64,000 bases of DNA. Source: an uncultured Bacilli bacterium. Its GTDB lineage: Bacteria > Bacillota_I > Bacilli_A > RF39 > UBA660. The translations under genes and the position numbers were made by a program. The notes under the pieces are model-generated. The model saw only the letters and a list, made by a program, of their open reading frames with translations. It made no database searches and was not told where the DNA came from. Positions 38,765 through 47,668 of the stretch are shown here, in pieces (within the stretch, counting starts at the first letter, position 1; each line of letters starts with the position of its first letter). The stretch is taken from assembly GCA_947627925.1 (NCBI GenBank), contig CANQXW010000001.1:13314-77313 (forward strand), in the 5' to 3' direction.

Positions 38765-38842
38765 ATTGATCTCCTCTATTTATAATAGCATCTCCTCTCA
38801 TACTTTTCAAATATTTCTTATTAATTTAAAAAAGATTTAATA

Positions 38843-39952
38843 TTACTTAAATCTCTCAATAATGGCATTAACTATTTTTTCGCTTGCAGTTCCATCCCCA
38901 TAAGGGTTAGATGCTTTGCTCATTTTTTCATAAGATGCTTTATTAGTTAATAACTCTTTGGCTTCTTTATAAATTGTTTCAGTATTAGTCCCGACTAATT
39001 TTAAAGTACCAGCTGTAATACCTTCGGGTCTTTCGGTAGTATCTCTTAAAACCAAAACAGGTTTTCCTAAAGATGGGGCTTCTTCTTGTAAGCCACCGGA
39101 ATCAGTAAGAACTAGATAAGCTTTATTTTGAAAATTGTGCATTTCCGTTACTTCTAAAGGTTCAATTAGACGGATTCGATCACAATCTTTAAAAACTTCA
39201 TTAGCTACATTCCGAACTCGAGGATTTAGATGAATAGGATAAATTATTTTTATATCGGGCACTTCTTCGATTAATTTTCTAATACCTTCAAATATCCTTT
39301 TCATTGGTTCACCTAAATTTTCCCGTCGATGACAAGTCAGTAAAACCATTCTTTCATCATCTTTTATCCAATCTAGTTCGGGATGATGAAAATTTTTAGT
39401 TACGGTAGTTTTTAAAGCATCTATAACTGTATTTCCCGTAACATATATATTACTTTCTTGAATATTTTCTTTTAACAAATTCTTTTTGCTAACATTAGTG
39501 GGAGCAAAAAGCATATCGCTTAAGCGGTCAATCATTTGGCGATTCATTTCTTCAGGATAAGGACTATATTTATCATTAGTTCTTAAGCCAGCCTCCACAT
39601 GACCAATAGAAATTTCATTATAATAAGCCGCAAGAGCCCCGGCAAAAGCAGTGGTAGTATCACCATGAACTAAAACTAAGTCTGGTTTTACTTCTTTAAA
39701 TACTTTTTCCAATCCTTCTAATGAACGAATTGTAATATCGCTTAAAGTTTGTCCAGCTTGCATAATATTTAAATCATAATCTGGTTTTATTTTAAAAGTT
39801 TTTAAAACTTGATCTAACATCTCCCGATGTTGAGCAGTTACACAAACCACACTTTCAATTTCCGCCCTTTTTTCTAATTCCTTAACTAAAGGAGCCATTT
39901 TAATGGCTTCTGGTCGAGTACCAAAGATACTCATTACTTTTATTTTTTTCAC
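38843..39952 (-). CDS. wecB: UDP-N-acetylglucosamine 2-epimerase (non-hydrolysing)
   Basis: MSIFGTRPEAIKMAPLV…HVEAGLRT…. Confidence 0.9.
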   Translation of the reverse strand: MKKIKVMSIFGTRPEAIKMAPLVKELEKRAEIESVVCVTAQHREMLDQVLKTFKIKPDYDLNIMQAGQTLSDITIRSLEGLEKVFKEVKPDLVLVHGDTTTAFAGALAAYYNEISIGHVEAGLRTNDKYSPYPEEMNRQMIDRLSDMLFAPTNVSKKNLLKENIQESNIYVTGNTVIDALKTTVTKNFHHPELDWIKDDERMVLLTCHRRENLGEPMKRIFEGIRKLIEEVPDIKIIYPIHLNPRVRNVANEVFKDCDRIRLIEPLEVTEMHNFQNKAYLVLTDSGGLQEEAPSLGKPVLVLRDTTERPEGITAGTLKLVGTNTETIYKEAKELLTNKASYEKMSKASNPYGDGTASEKIVNAIIERFK

Positions 39953-39984
39953 TCTATCACCTTAAAAATAACACTAATAAAATT

Positions 39985-40824
39985 TTATTTATTATCTTTT
40001 AATTTTTCTAATTCTTTAATACTTAATTTAGTATATTGAGCTATTTTTTCTAAAGGAACATTATCGTTAATCATCGAAATAGCGGTATTTCTGATAGTAT
40101 CTTTAGCCCCATCTTGATAAGCATTCTTCTTAATTATTCGCTCCATCAAAGCATTCTCTTCTTTTGGTGTCATTAAATTTGTTATGGTTCCATCTTCATT
40201 AAATCTTAACATCTTCTCTTCCACCTCTCTTACTTTTCTATCCTTCTTCGCTAAGGCCTTTATCTCTTCTCTATTTGATCCGAGCATTGTTAGATAGATG
40301 TGTCTCTTGTCTCCTCTTATGTTTTTATCATACCACTTATCTTTATATCCCGCAATATTCACATTTATGATTTTAAAATTTTCTACTAATACTTTTCCTT
40401 CTTTATTCCGAAGTAAGTATTCTTCTTTTAATGGTTTATTATTCCCTTCATTAAAATTTAAATTTATTTGAATTATCTCTTTTACTTTGATATATTTATC
40501 TCCTTTTTCTATAGTCTCTGTATATAAAGTAGAATAATAATTTAAATTCCTCTCTTTAATATTTTTATCATAATTAATATTAAGTTCGATATTTATAAGG
40601 ATACCTTCTGTTGTCTCCGCAATAATATCTAATCTTTTTCCTTTGATCTTTTTATTCTTAATTTTTAATTCACTATTTAGATATCTTTTAACTTTGACTT
40701 CTCTTTCTAAAATATCGGATAAGATATTATTCATAATTGTATGATCACTATCATCAATGATAATTCTTTTAAAAACAGCATCATATTTTAAATCATAAAA
40801 TTTCTTGCTTTTCAAAATTGGCAT
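39985..40824 (-). CDS. Rpn/YhgA-like PD-(D/E)XK nuclease family putative transposase
   Basis: N-terminal …YDAVFKRIIIDD…RLDIIAETTEGILINIELN pattern. Confidence 0.45.
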   Translation of the reverse strand: MPILKSKKFYDLKYDAVFKRIIIDDSDHTIMNNILSDILEREVKVKRYLNSELKIKNKKIKGKRLDIIAETTEGILINIELNINYDKNIKERNLNYYSTLYTETIEKGDKYIKVKEIIQINLNFNEGNNKPLKEEYLLRNKEGKVLVENFKIINVNIAGYKDKWYDKNIRGDKRHIYLTMLGSNREEIKALAKKDRKVREVEEKMLRFNEDGTITNLMTPKEENALMERIIKKNAYQDGAKDTIRNTAISMINDNVPLEKIAQYTKLSIKELEKLKDNK

Positions 40825-40946
40825 ATAGTAACCTCTCTTTCGAGGTCTCTATTTTACCGATATTTTTTCTTATTGCAACACTTTCGACAAACGTTGTCAA
40901 AACTTCTATTTTTTCGCCAATTTACGACAAAAAAATAGTTAAAAAA

Positions 40947-42188
40947 CTATTTTAATCTATTTACAGCCATCATTACAGCTAACTTACCATAAGAATAAGT
41001 AAGACCACCTTGTTGATAACAAATAAAAGGTTTTCTTAAAGGGCCATCACAGGATATTTCAATTGATGAGCCTTGAACAAAGGAACCGGAAGCCATAATA
41101 ATTTCATCATCATAACCAGGCATATCAGTAGGGACCGGCAAAGCGTTAGCGTCAATGGCGGACCCCATTTGAATACCTTCACAATATTTAATTAAATCCT
41201 CCCGATTACCAAATATAATGTTTTGAACAATGTCTACCCGATCGTCATTATATTTTGGCTCCACATTATAACCTAACTTTTCTAAAACTTTACTCGTTAA
41301 AATGGCTACTTTTAAACTACTAGCTACCGCCATCGGAGCATGATAAAGTCCCATTAAAATTTCTTTATTAATTCCTAAAGTAGGGCCAACTTCCATACCT
41401 TCTCCGGGAACTGTTAATCTTTCAGCACATAAATTAACTAAATCTTTACGTCCTACAATATAAGCACCATTGGGAGCAATACCTCCCCCTAAATTTTTGA
41501 TTAAAGAACCGACCATGATATCCGCACCAACTTCAACTGGAGTCCTATCTTCAACAAATTCACAATAGCAATTGTCAACCATTATAATAACTTCGGGATC
41601 TATTTCTTTGATAATCTTTATTACTTTTGCTAAAGAGGAGATACTTAAACTTTTTCTTTCGGAATAACCTTTACTTCTTTGAATAGCAATAACTTTAATT
41701 TTTTCACTTCTTAAAACTTGGGCAATTTTTTCATAGTCAAAATCATTATCGACTAAATCTATTTGTTCATAATTAATACCGAAAGATTTTAAAGAACTAG
41801 GGTTTTCTTTGATACCTATTACTTCATGTAAAGTGTCATATGGAAGACCCGAAATACTTAAAAGAGTATCATTAGGTCTTAATAACCCAAAAAGACAAAC
41901 GGTTAAAGCATGGGTTCCCGAAATAAATTGTCCTCTTACTAAAGAAGATTCTCCACCTAAAATTTCAGCAAAAACTTCTTCAATTTTTTCTCTTCCTAAA
42001 TCATTATAACCATACCCCGTCGAGGCATTAAAACAAGCTTCACTTACTCCGGCGTTTTGAAAAGCCTTAAGGACTTTACCACTATTAACAAATTCTTGCT
42101 CATCAATTATTCGAAAAATATCTTTTAATTCTTGTTCTGATTCATTAAATAAACTTACTATTTCTTCTTTAAATTTCATCTTTACCAC
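40947..42188 (-). CDS. YnbB-type PLP-dependent enzyme (aluminium-resistance protein / Met gamma-lyase family)
   Basis: 413 aa. The pattern around …VIAIQRSKGYSERKS…MVDNCYCEF… fits the YnbB family. Confidence 0.7.
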   Translation of the reverse strand: MVKMKFKEEIVSLFNESEQELKDIFRIIDEQEFVNSGKVLKAFQNAGVSEACFNASTGYGYNDLGREKIEEVFAEILGGESSLVRGQFISGTHALTVCLFGLLRPNDTLLSISGLPYDTLHEVIGIKENPSSLKSFGINYEQIDLVDNDFDYEKIAQVLRSEKIKVIAIQRSKGYSERKSLSISSLAKVIKIIKEIDPEVIIMVDNCYCEFVEDRTPVEVGADIMVGSLIKNLGGGIAPNGAYIVGRKDLVNLCAERLTVPGEGMEVGPTLGINKEILMGLYHAPMAVASSLKVAILTSKVLEKLGYNVEPKYNDDRVDIVQNIIFGNREDLIKYCEGIQMGSAIDANALPVPTDMPGYDDEIIMASGSFVQGSSIEISCDGPLRKPFICYQQGGLTYSYGKLAVMMAVNRLK

Positions 42189-42864
42189 TCATTCTAATTA
42201 CTTCGCCACTACGAATATCATCATCAATCATAATTTCTAATATTTTTAAAGCCACTTCTTCTTTTTTTAAGAGATGGTCTTGCCCCACTCTTTCCATTTC
42301 CTTCTTTAAATATTCGGGATCCATATCTAAAACACTATTCGTATCTACCCAATTAGGAGCTAAAGCACATATTTTCAAATTAGGTAGTCTTAAAGCTAAA
42401 TTTTTGGTTAAATTTTCTACTCCGGCTTTACTTGCGGCATAATCCATTGAAATAGGACTAAAAGTATCAGTTGCATCCGTTGATGAAATATTAATTATGA
42501 TGCCTTTTTCCATATTTAAAGAAGCATATTTACAAACCAAAAAAGTACCCACTAAATTAACCTCTAAAACTTTCATAAACTCACTCTTAGTTTTAGTTTC
42601 TAAATCATTATCTATAACCAAAGCAGCACAATTGACGACCACATCTATTTTTTCATGTTTAGAAATTACACTCGCAAATAAATCTTGAATCTCATCTTCT
42701 TTAGTTAAATCACATTTATATGTATCATATAATTCCTCTATTTTATGATTATTATAAGTTCCCACAACAGTTGCTCCATATTCATGCAAAATATTTGCTA
42801 AAGTATGACCAATACCACTGCTGACACCAATAATTAAAACAACATAACCCGCTAAATCCATCAC
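42169..42864 (-). CDS. SDR family oxidoreductase
   Basis: Gly-rich IIGVSSGIGHTLA and the catalytic Y..ASK. Confidence 0.8.
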   Translation of the reverse strand: MMDLAGYVVLIIGVSSGIGHTLANILHEYGATVVGTYNNHKIEELYDTYKCDLTKEDEIQDLFASVISKHEKIDVVVNCAALVIDNDLETKTKSEFMKVLEVNLVGTFLVCKYASLNMEKGIIINISSTDATDTFSPISMDYAASKAGVENLTKNLALRLPNLKICALAPNWVDTNSVLDMDPEYLKKEMERVGQDHLLKKEEVALKILEIMIDDDIRSGEVIRMSGKDEI

Positions 42865-42892
42865 GTCACCTCAAAACATTACTATTATATAA

Positions 42893-43393
42893 TTATTTTA
42901 TTATTGTTGCAATGATATCTCCCGTAAATATTAAACTTAAAATAGTCAAAACAAATATAATTAATTTATTATTTACTTTTGCGATTATTTTTTCAATTAA
43001 AGGATTTAGAAGATAGGTAAAAATTAAACCACCAATACCAAAACAAAAGGCACTTAAAAGACAAACATAACCATTTATATTTAGAAAATATCCTTTATAA
43101 TTCCAAAGACGTATGCCTCCTAGTTTTAAAAGAAGAAAACCACTTAGGCCTTCTAATAAGCCGGTAAGAAAAAATGATAAAAGAAAGATTACTAAAGGTT
43201 TTTTCTTATACTTATTGATTATTAATAAAAGTAAGGCTCCAATGCCATAAATTGGTAACCACGGCCCTTTTAAAAAGCCATGACTATAAAAATTACCTTT
43301 ATAAAAATAGTTTAAAATTAATTCATAAAAATAACCTAATATACTACATAAATAAAAAGTTACGCCAATTTTTATTCCCATATCTTTTTTCAT
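42893..43393 (-). CDS. polytopic membrane protein
   Basis: 166 aa, 4-5 TM. Confidence 0.4.
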   Translation of the reverse strand: MKKDMGIKIGVTFYLCSILGYFYELILNYFYKGNFYSHGFLKGPWLPIYGIGALLLLIINKYKKKPLVIFLLSFFLTGLLEGLSGFLLLKLGGIRLWNYKGYFLNINGYVCLLSAFCFGIGGLIFTYLLNPLIEKIIAKVNNKLIIFVLTILSLIFTGDIIATIIK

Positions 43394-43512
43394 AATTATC
43401 CCGTTAATATTATGGTTTTAAATAATAACTTTACTATTCCATAAATTGGTTTAATATTTTTACATAGATAAAAAACATTAAACCATAATAAAAATAGAAA
43501 GGAAAGAAAAAT

Positions 43513-43740
43513 ATGAATGAAAACTATAAAAAAGCGCCCAATATTTTAACTGATAAAGATTTAGCTTATCTGAAAGATATTTTTGGGTGGAATCATACAG
43601 CATATAAAAATGAAATGGAAGCTTTAAATTATATTGAAGATAAAAGTGTTAAAGATATGATTAATGAAGCGACAAAACTTTTTAAAGAAAATATGAATCT
43701 AGTTTTAGATTTAGTAAAGGATGGGGAAAATGGAAAATAA
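43513..43740 (+). CDS. small hypothetical protein co-transcribed with cotF-like gene
   Basis: 75-aa ORF overlapping the next gene by 20 nt. Confidence 0.4.
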   Translation: MNENYKKAPNILTDKDLAYLKDIFGWNHTAYKNEMEALNYIEDKSVKDMINEATKLFKENMNLVLDLVKDGENGK

Positions 43741-44062
43741 AAAAATTGCTAACCCTAAAACTCCCGTGCCGACGGGATTAGGTTTAAATGATCAAGATTA
43801 TATGACTACGCTTTTAAGTACTTTAAAAGCTATGGTTAAAGACATGACTGTAGCTTTAACCGAAGCCTCTAATAGCGAACTTTATAAAAAATTTAAAGAT
43901 ATGTTTGAAAACTTAATAAAATTACAAAGAGCTTCTTATGAATTAATGTTTAAATTAGGATGGTATACTTTAGAAGAAGCTAAAGATACTAAAGTTAATA
44001 CTTTAGGTAGTGATTTACAAACACAACTAGATAATTTAAATAGTGAAAAGGGAAAATCGTGA
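43721..44062 (+). CDS. cotF: spore coat protein F (Coat_F domain)
   Basis: …NPKTPVPTGLGLNDQDYMTTLLS…ASYELMFKLGWYTLEEA matches the CotF pattern. Confidence 0.7.
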   Translation: MGKMENKKIANPKTPVPTGLGLNDQDYMTTLLSTLKAMVKDMTVALTEASNSELYKKFKDMFENLIKLQRASYELMFKLGWYTLEEAKDTKVNTLGSDLQTQLDNLNSEKGKS

Positions 44063-44094
44063 ATTAAAAAAGCATTTTATAGTATAATGAATAT

Positions 44095-44205
44095 GTCAAG
44101 GAAACTTGAATACAATAAAAAAGGAACATTCAAATATTCTCGTGTTGAGTGGTGCCTAATCTAAATTGAGTTAGCCTAATTCATTGCGGAGTTAGGCGTT
44201 TTTTC
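44095..44205 (+). ncRNA. promoter-sRNA-terminator module, copy 3
   Basis: -10 TATAAT at 44083-44088, the core as in copies 1 and 2, and the terminator GCCUAAUUCAUUGCGGAGUUAGGC (44174-44197) plus a U-run. Confidence 0.45.
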
Positions 44206-44290
44206 TTTTGATAGTAGCCTTTTAAAATACTAAATTGTCAATTTAGAAAACACACTTGCATATTGACAACCAATATGCGTGTGAAATATT

Positions 44291-44578
44291 TTATCTATTA
44301 TGTCTAGGTTCCTCTTCAATATTATTTTGACTTTTAATAATTAATGATTCATAAAAAGCTCTATTAACAGCTTCAGCTTGTTCCATTGTAGCCCATTCTC
44401 TACCATCAACTGATTTAAAAGATATACCCTTACCAAAATCTGTTGTTGGATCAACATCAGGCACCAAACCTTTACCATAATCCGTTCTTGGAGCAATTTT
44501 AGGTTCATATCCTTTTCCGTAATCAGTTAAACTATCAATAGGTTTTTTGTCGTTATAAAAAAGATTATTATTATCCAT
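44291..44578 (-). CDS. hypothetical protein with three TD(Y/F)GKG repeats
   Basis: 95-aa ORF. Confidence 0.4.
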   Translation of the reverse strand: MDNNNLFYNDKKPIDSLTDYGKGYEPKIAPRTDYGKGLVPDVDPTTDFGKGISFKSVDGREWATMEQAEAVNRAFYESLIIKSQNNIEEEPRHNR

Positions 44579-44913
44579 ATTTTAAACCTTCCTTTCATTT
44601 TTAATTATGTACAATTATACATTAATTCTGCACATTTTACATTTTTTATGTTATACTTATATTATTTAATGGCTTATTACTAACTATTATCTAGCCCAAA
44701 AAGTTGTCGTACTTCTTCCTTTAGGGCTCCATTGTTGGAATTACCCGAACACTTTTAAATAGTTCGGTTAGAATAAAAGTTCATAATACTTGATATTATG
44801 GACTTTTTTCATGCTTGGAAGGAGGTTAAAAACTCATGAAAGTATCCATAGAACAATTAGAGTTTCCCTCTTCTATTAAAGATAAAATATTAAAATTAAA
44901 GGATGTTACTCTT

Positions 44914-45375
44914 CTAATATTTTATATCTTTTAATATTTCATCAATATTATTTTTATAATCATGGGTTCCATCAATAAAGATTAAAGTATTTTTAACTCG
45001 AGAAATAACAATATAATCATCAGTTGATTCGGCAACTATTTTAGCAAATATAGCCCCCTTAGTTTCTTGGTTTTGAGTATCCGCTGTAATATAATCTACA
45101 ATGCTATCTTTATATTTTTCGTAAACTTTTTTTGCTTCTACTTCATTTTTAAATTCATAATATTCCACTTGATAAGGCACATCTTCTTTAGTAGCTACAA
45201 GATAAGTATCAGACTCATACTTGGCTTCTTCTTTATCACTTACACTATAGCCAAGAGCGGTAAAATGTTTATTAAATTCTTCTTTTCCTATAGCACTTGG
45301 AAAAACACAACCCGTTGTTATAATGCAAACAATTACAATAATAATTATACCAACAATTATACTTTTATTTTTCAT
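44914..45375 (-). CDS. putative lipoprotein
   Basis: Lipobox ITTGC. Confidence 0.5.
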   Translation of the reverse strand: MKNKSIIVGIIIIVIVCIITTGCVFPSAIGKEEFNKHFTALGYSVSDKEEAKYESDTYLVATKEDVPYQVEYYEFKNEVEAKKVYEKYKDSIVDYITADTQNQETKGAIFAKIVAESTDDYIVISRVKNTLIFIDGTHDYKNNIDEILKDIKY

Positions 45376-45613
45376 TTTTATCTTCTCCTCTATGTCTCTT
45401 ATAAAATATTTCCATTATTTCGGCAAATTCATTATCACTATCTAATTTGACCATATATTCTTCATCATTTTCTTTTAAAACTTTTCTTAAACAAAGTGCT
45501 CGCTCATCATCTCGTTTTTGTAAAACAAGATAATCATTATCTTTATTACTAAAAGCATCGATTACTTCATATTCGAAACCATCTTCCAATGTAACTATAT
45601 CAATATCTATCAT
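45365..45613 (-). CDS. hypothetical protein
   Basis: 82-aa ORF, overlapping operon with the neighbouring genes. Confidence 0.35.
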   Translation of the reverse strand: MIDIDIVTLEDGFEYEVIDAFSNKDNDYLVLQKRDDERALCLRKVLKENDEEYMVKLDSDNEFAEIMEIFYKRHRGEDKNEK

Positions 45614-46626
45614 AATTTCATTGACCCCTCTTGATTCATTTTTTGGACACTTGCTACCGAATTAAAATAAGTTAAACTTTTACTTTGTTTATAAGCTTCC
45701 ATAAATTCGGTTAAAAAATTTTGATCTTCTTCATTTAAGTCATAGAAAGCCATTGGATTTTGTAAATAATTCGAAGCATCATATCTCGAAATAGCGGCCA
45801 AAACTTCTGGAGTACAAAATTCTTGCACCCGACCTGAATTAGCCACATAATCTAAAAAACTATGACAAGTATCTATTTTTTCTTTAATCACTTGTAATTT
45901 TTCATTATTAGTAACGTTTAAACGTAACCTTGCCATAATGGTATCCATATTATATAGGCGATTTTGTTCTAAATCTTTATATACTGAATGCAAAACATCA
46001 TCTAATACATTAGGATCTTTTTCTAACATATCTTCAAGATGTCTGGCAATTATATCTTCACGATAATCATAGTCCACTTGATTAGTTTGTAGATTATATC
46101 CCAAACTTTCTGTGGCTTGCTCCACAATATTTTCGGTTGTTTCACCTCGAGAGGCAAACTGACCAATTTCTTTTTCTAACATATGATTTGTGGTATGGAT
46201 TCTTCCCACATATAAAAGGGATACTACCCCAATTCCCGCGATTAAAATTCCTCTTTCTAATTTTTCTCTAAATTTTTCTTTAGCAGTTTTGGCTCTTTTA
46301 GCATTTAAACGAGTACCTCGCAAAGATGCCGGCTTATTTAAATTAGCCTCTTCTTCAACACTAGCCTCTTGCGCTTTTTGATAACCCATAAAATCCCTTA
46401 TTTTATCGTCAGCTTCATGATTTAGAATTTCATCTTTCGTATAATTACCAATTAAAACTAAATATTTAGCACAGTTAAAAGTTTCATTAACATCTTTAAC
46501 ATCAAAATGATCAACAATATAATGAACTATTTCGGAGTAATCATAATTAGCCCCAGTAGTTTTTTTCATATCGTCTACCATATCATAAACTAGGTTAAAA
46601 AACTTTTCGCCCTTTTCACTTTCCAT
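45610..46626 (-). CDS. hypothetical protein
   Basis: 338-aa ORF. Confidence 0.4.
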   Translation of the reverse strand: MESEKGEKFFNLVYDMVDDMKKTTGANYDYSEIVHYIVDHFDVKDVNETFNCAKYLVLIGNYTKDEILNHEADDKIRDFMGYQKAQEASVEEEANLNKPASLRGTRLNAKRAKTAKEKFREKLERGILIAGIGVVSLLYVGRIHTTNHMLEKEIGQFASRGETTENIVEQATESLGYNLQTNQVDYDYREDIIARHLEDMLEKDPNVLDDVLHSVYKDLEQNRLYNMDTIMARLRLNVTNNEKLQVIKEKIDTCHSFLDYVANSGRVQEFCTPEVLAAISRYDASNYLQNPMAFYDLNEEDQNFLTEFMEAYKQSKSLTYFNSVASVQKMNQEGSMKL

Positions 46627-46719
46627 TTAATCACCTACATGGTCCTATTTTTAATATACTATTTAACTAGTTTAAAGTCAAATTACTCTATTTTCTTTAT
46701 AATATTATTGACATAATTT

Positions 46720-47313
46720 TTACTCAATATTCATCTTTTTAGCCATTAATTTACTAATTAAATAAGCCACGAGTAACATAAAGAAAATGACGATTAATAT
46801 TTTAGGGTTTTTAAAGCTTTCTACTAGACTTGTTCCGATAAAGCCCCAGAAAAAAACTAAAAAGATTTTGCCAATCATAATAGCTACGGCATATTTTTTA
46901 AAAGGCATTTTCGATAAGGCCGAGGCAATATTAATTAAAAAGGCCGGCGTAAAAGGAATAGCGATTAACAAAACTAAATTTGATAAAGATATTTTATCAA
47001 TTTTTTTCATTAATTTATCAAACTTTTCAATTTTTCGAACCTTTCTTTGAAAAACATCTTTTAGGATAGTTCTACATAAATAGAACGCAAAAAAGCAGCC
47101 TAAGCAAGTTAAAAGATAGGCTACTATAAAACCAAGAGTATAACCATAAGCAATAAAAATAATGGTAATAAATACAAATAATGGTAAAACAGGAAGCATA
47201 GATTCTAAAAATATTAAAAGACAAGCAAATAGAGGGCCATAAAAAGTCGAACTATTTACTAAATTCATTATAAAATTGTATCCATTATTTAAAAAATCCA
47301 TCATATTTACCAC
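46720..47313 (-). CDS. DedA/TVP38/TMEM64 family membrane protein
   Basis: Multi-TM with a G-rich re-entrant motif. Confidence 0.55.
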   Translation of the reverse strand: MVNMMDFLNNGYNFIMNLVNSSTFYGPLFACLLIFLESMLPVLPLFVFITIIFIAYGYTLGFIVAYLLTCLGCFFAFYLCRTILKDVFQRKVRKIEKFDKLMKKIDKISLSNLVLLIAIPFTPAFLINIASALSKMPFKKYAVAIMIGKIFLVFFWGFIGTSLVESFKNPKILIVIFFMLLVAYLISKLMAKKMNIE

Positions 47314-47344
47314 ATTATTATTATAATATAAGTATGAGTATTTT

Positions 47345-47602
47345 TCACGAATTTATTACATATGTTACATCATATCCGTAAAAAGCTAATATTCTTACTG
47401 CTTGTTTACTTTTATGTCCTTTATCACACATAATATAATATTTATTATTTTTATTTAATAAAGTTTTATGATTCATTAAAAGTTTATCATAATAAATATT
47501 GATACTATAGGGATTATGTTTTTCCTTATATAAAGTGGGATCTTTAACATCAATTAAAATACCCATACTAGGATTAAATTCACTTTCCTTAATGGTTTTC
47601 AT
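47345..47602 (-). CDS. rhodanese-like domain protein
   Basis: Active-site loop CDKGHKS. Confidence 0.8.
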   Translation of the reverse strand: MKTIKESEFNPSMGILIDVKDPTLYKEKHNPYSINIYYDKLLMNHKTLLNKNNKYYIMCDKGHKSKQAVRILAFYGYDVTYVINS

Positions 47603-47668
47603 CGTATCACCATTTTATTATATGAATATTTTTATTTTCGAAAAATTATATTTAACTAAAAAAGAAGA

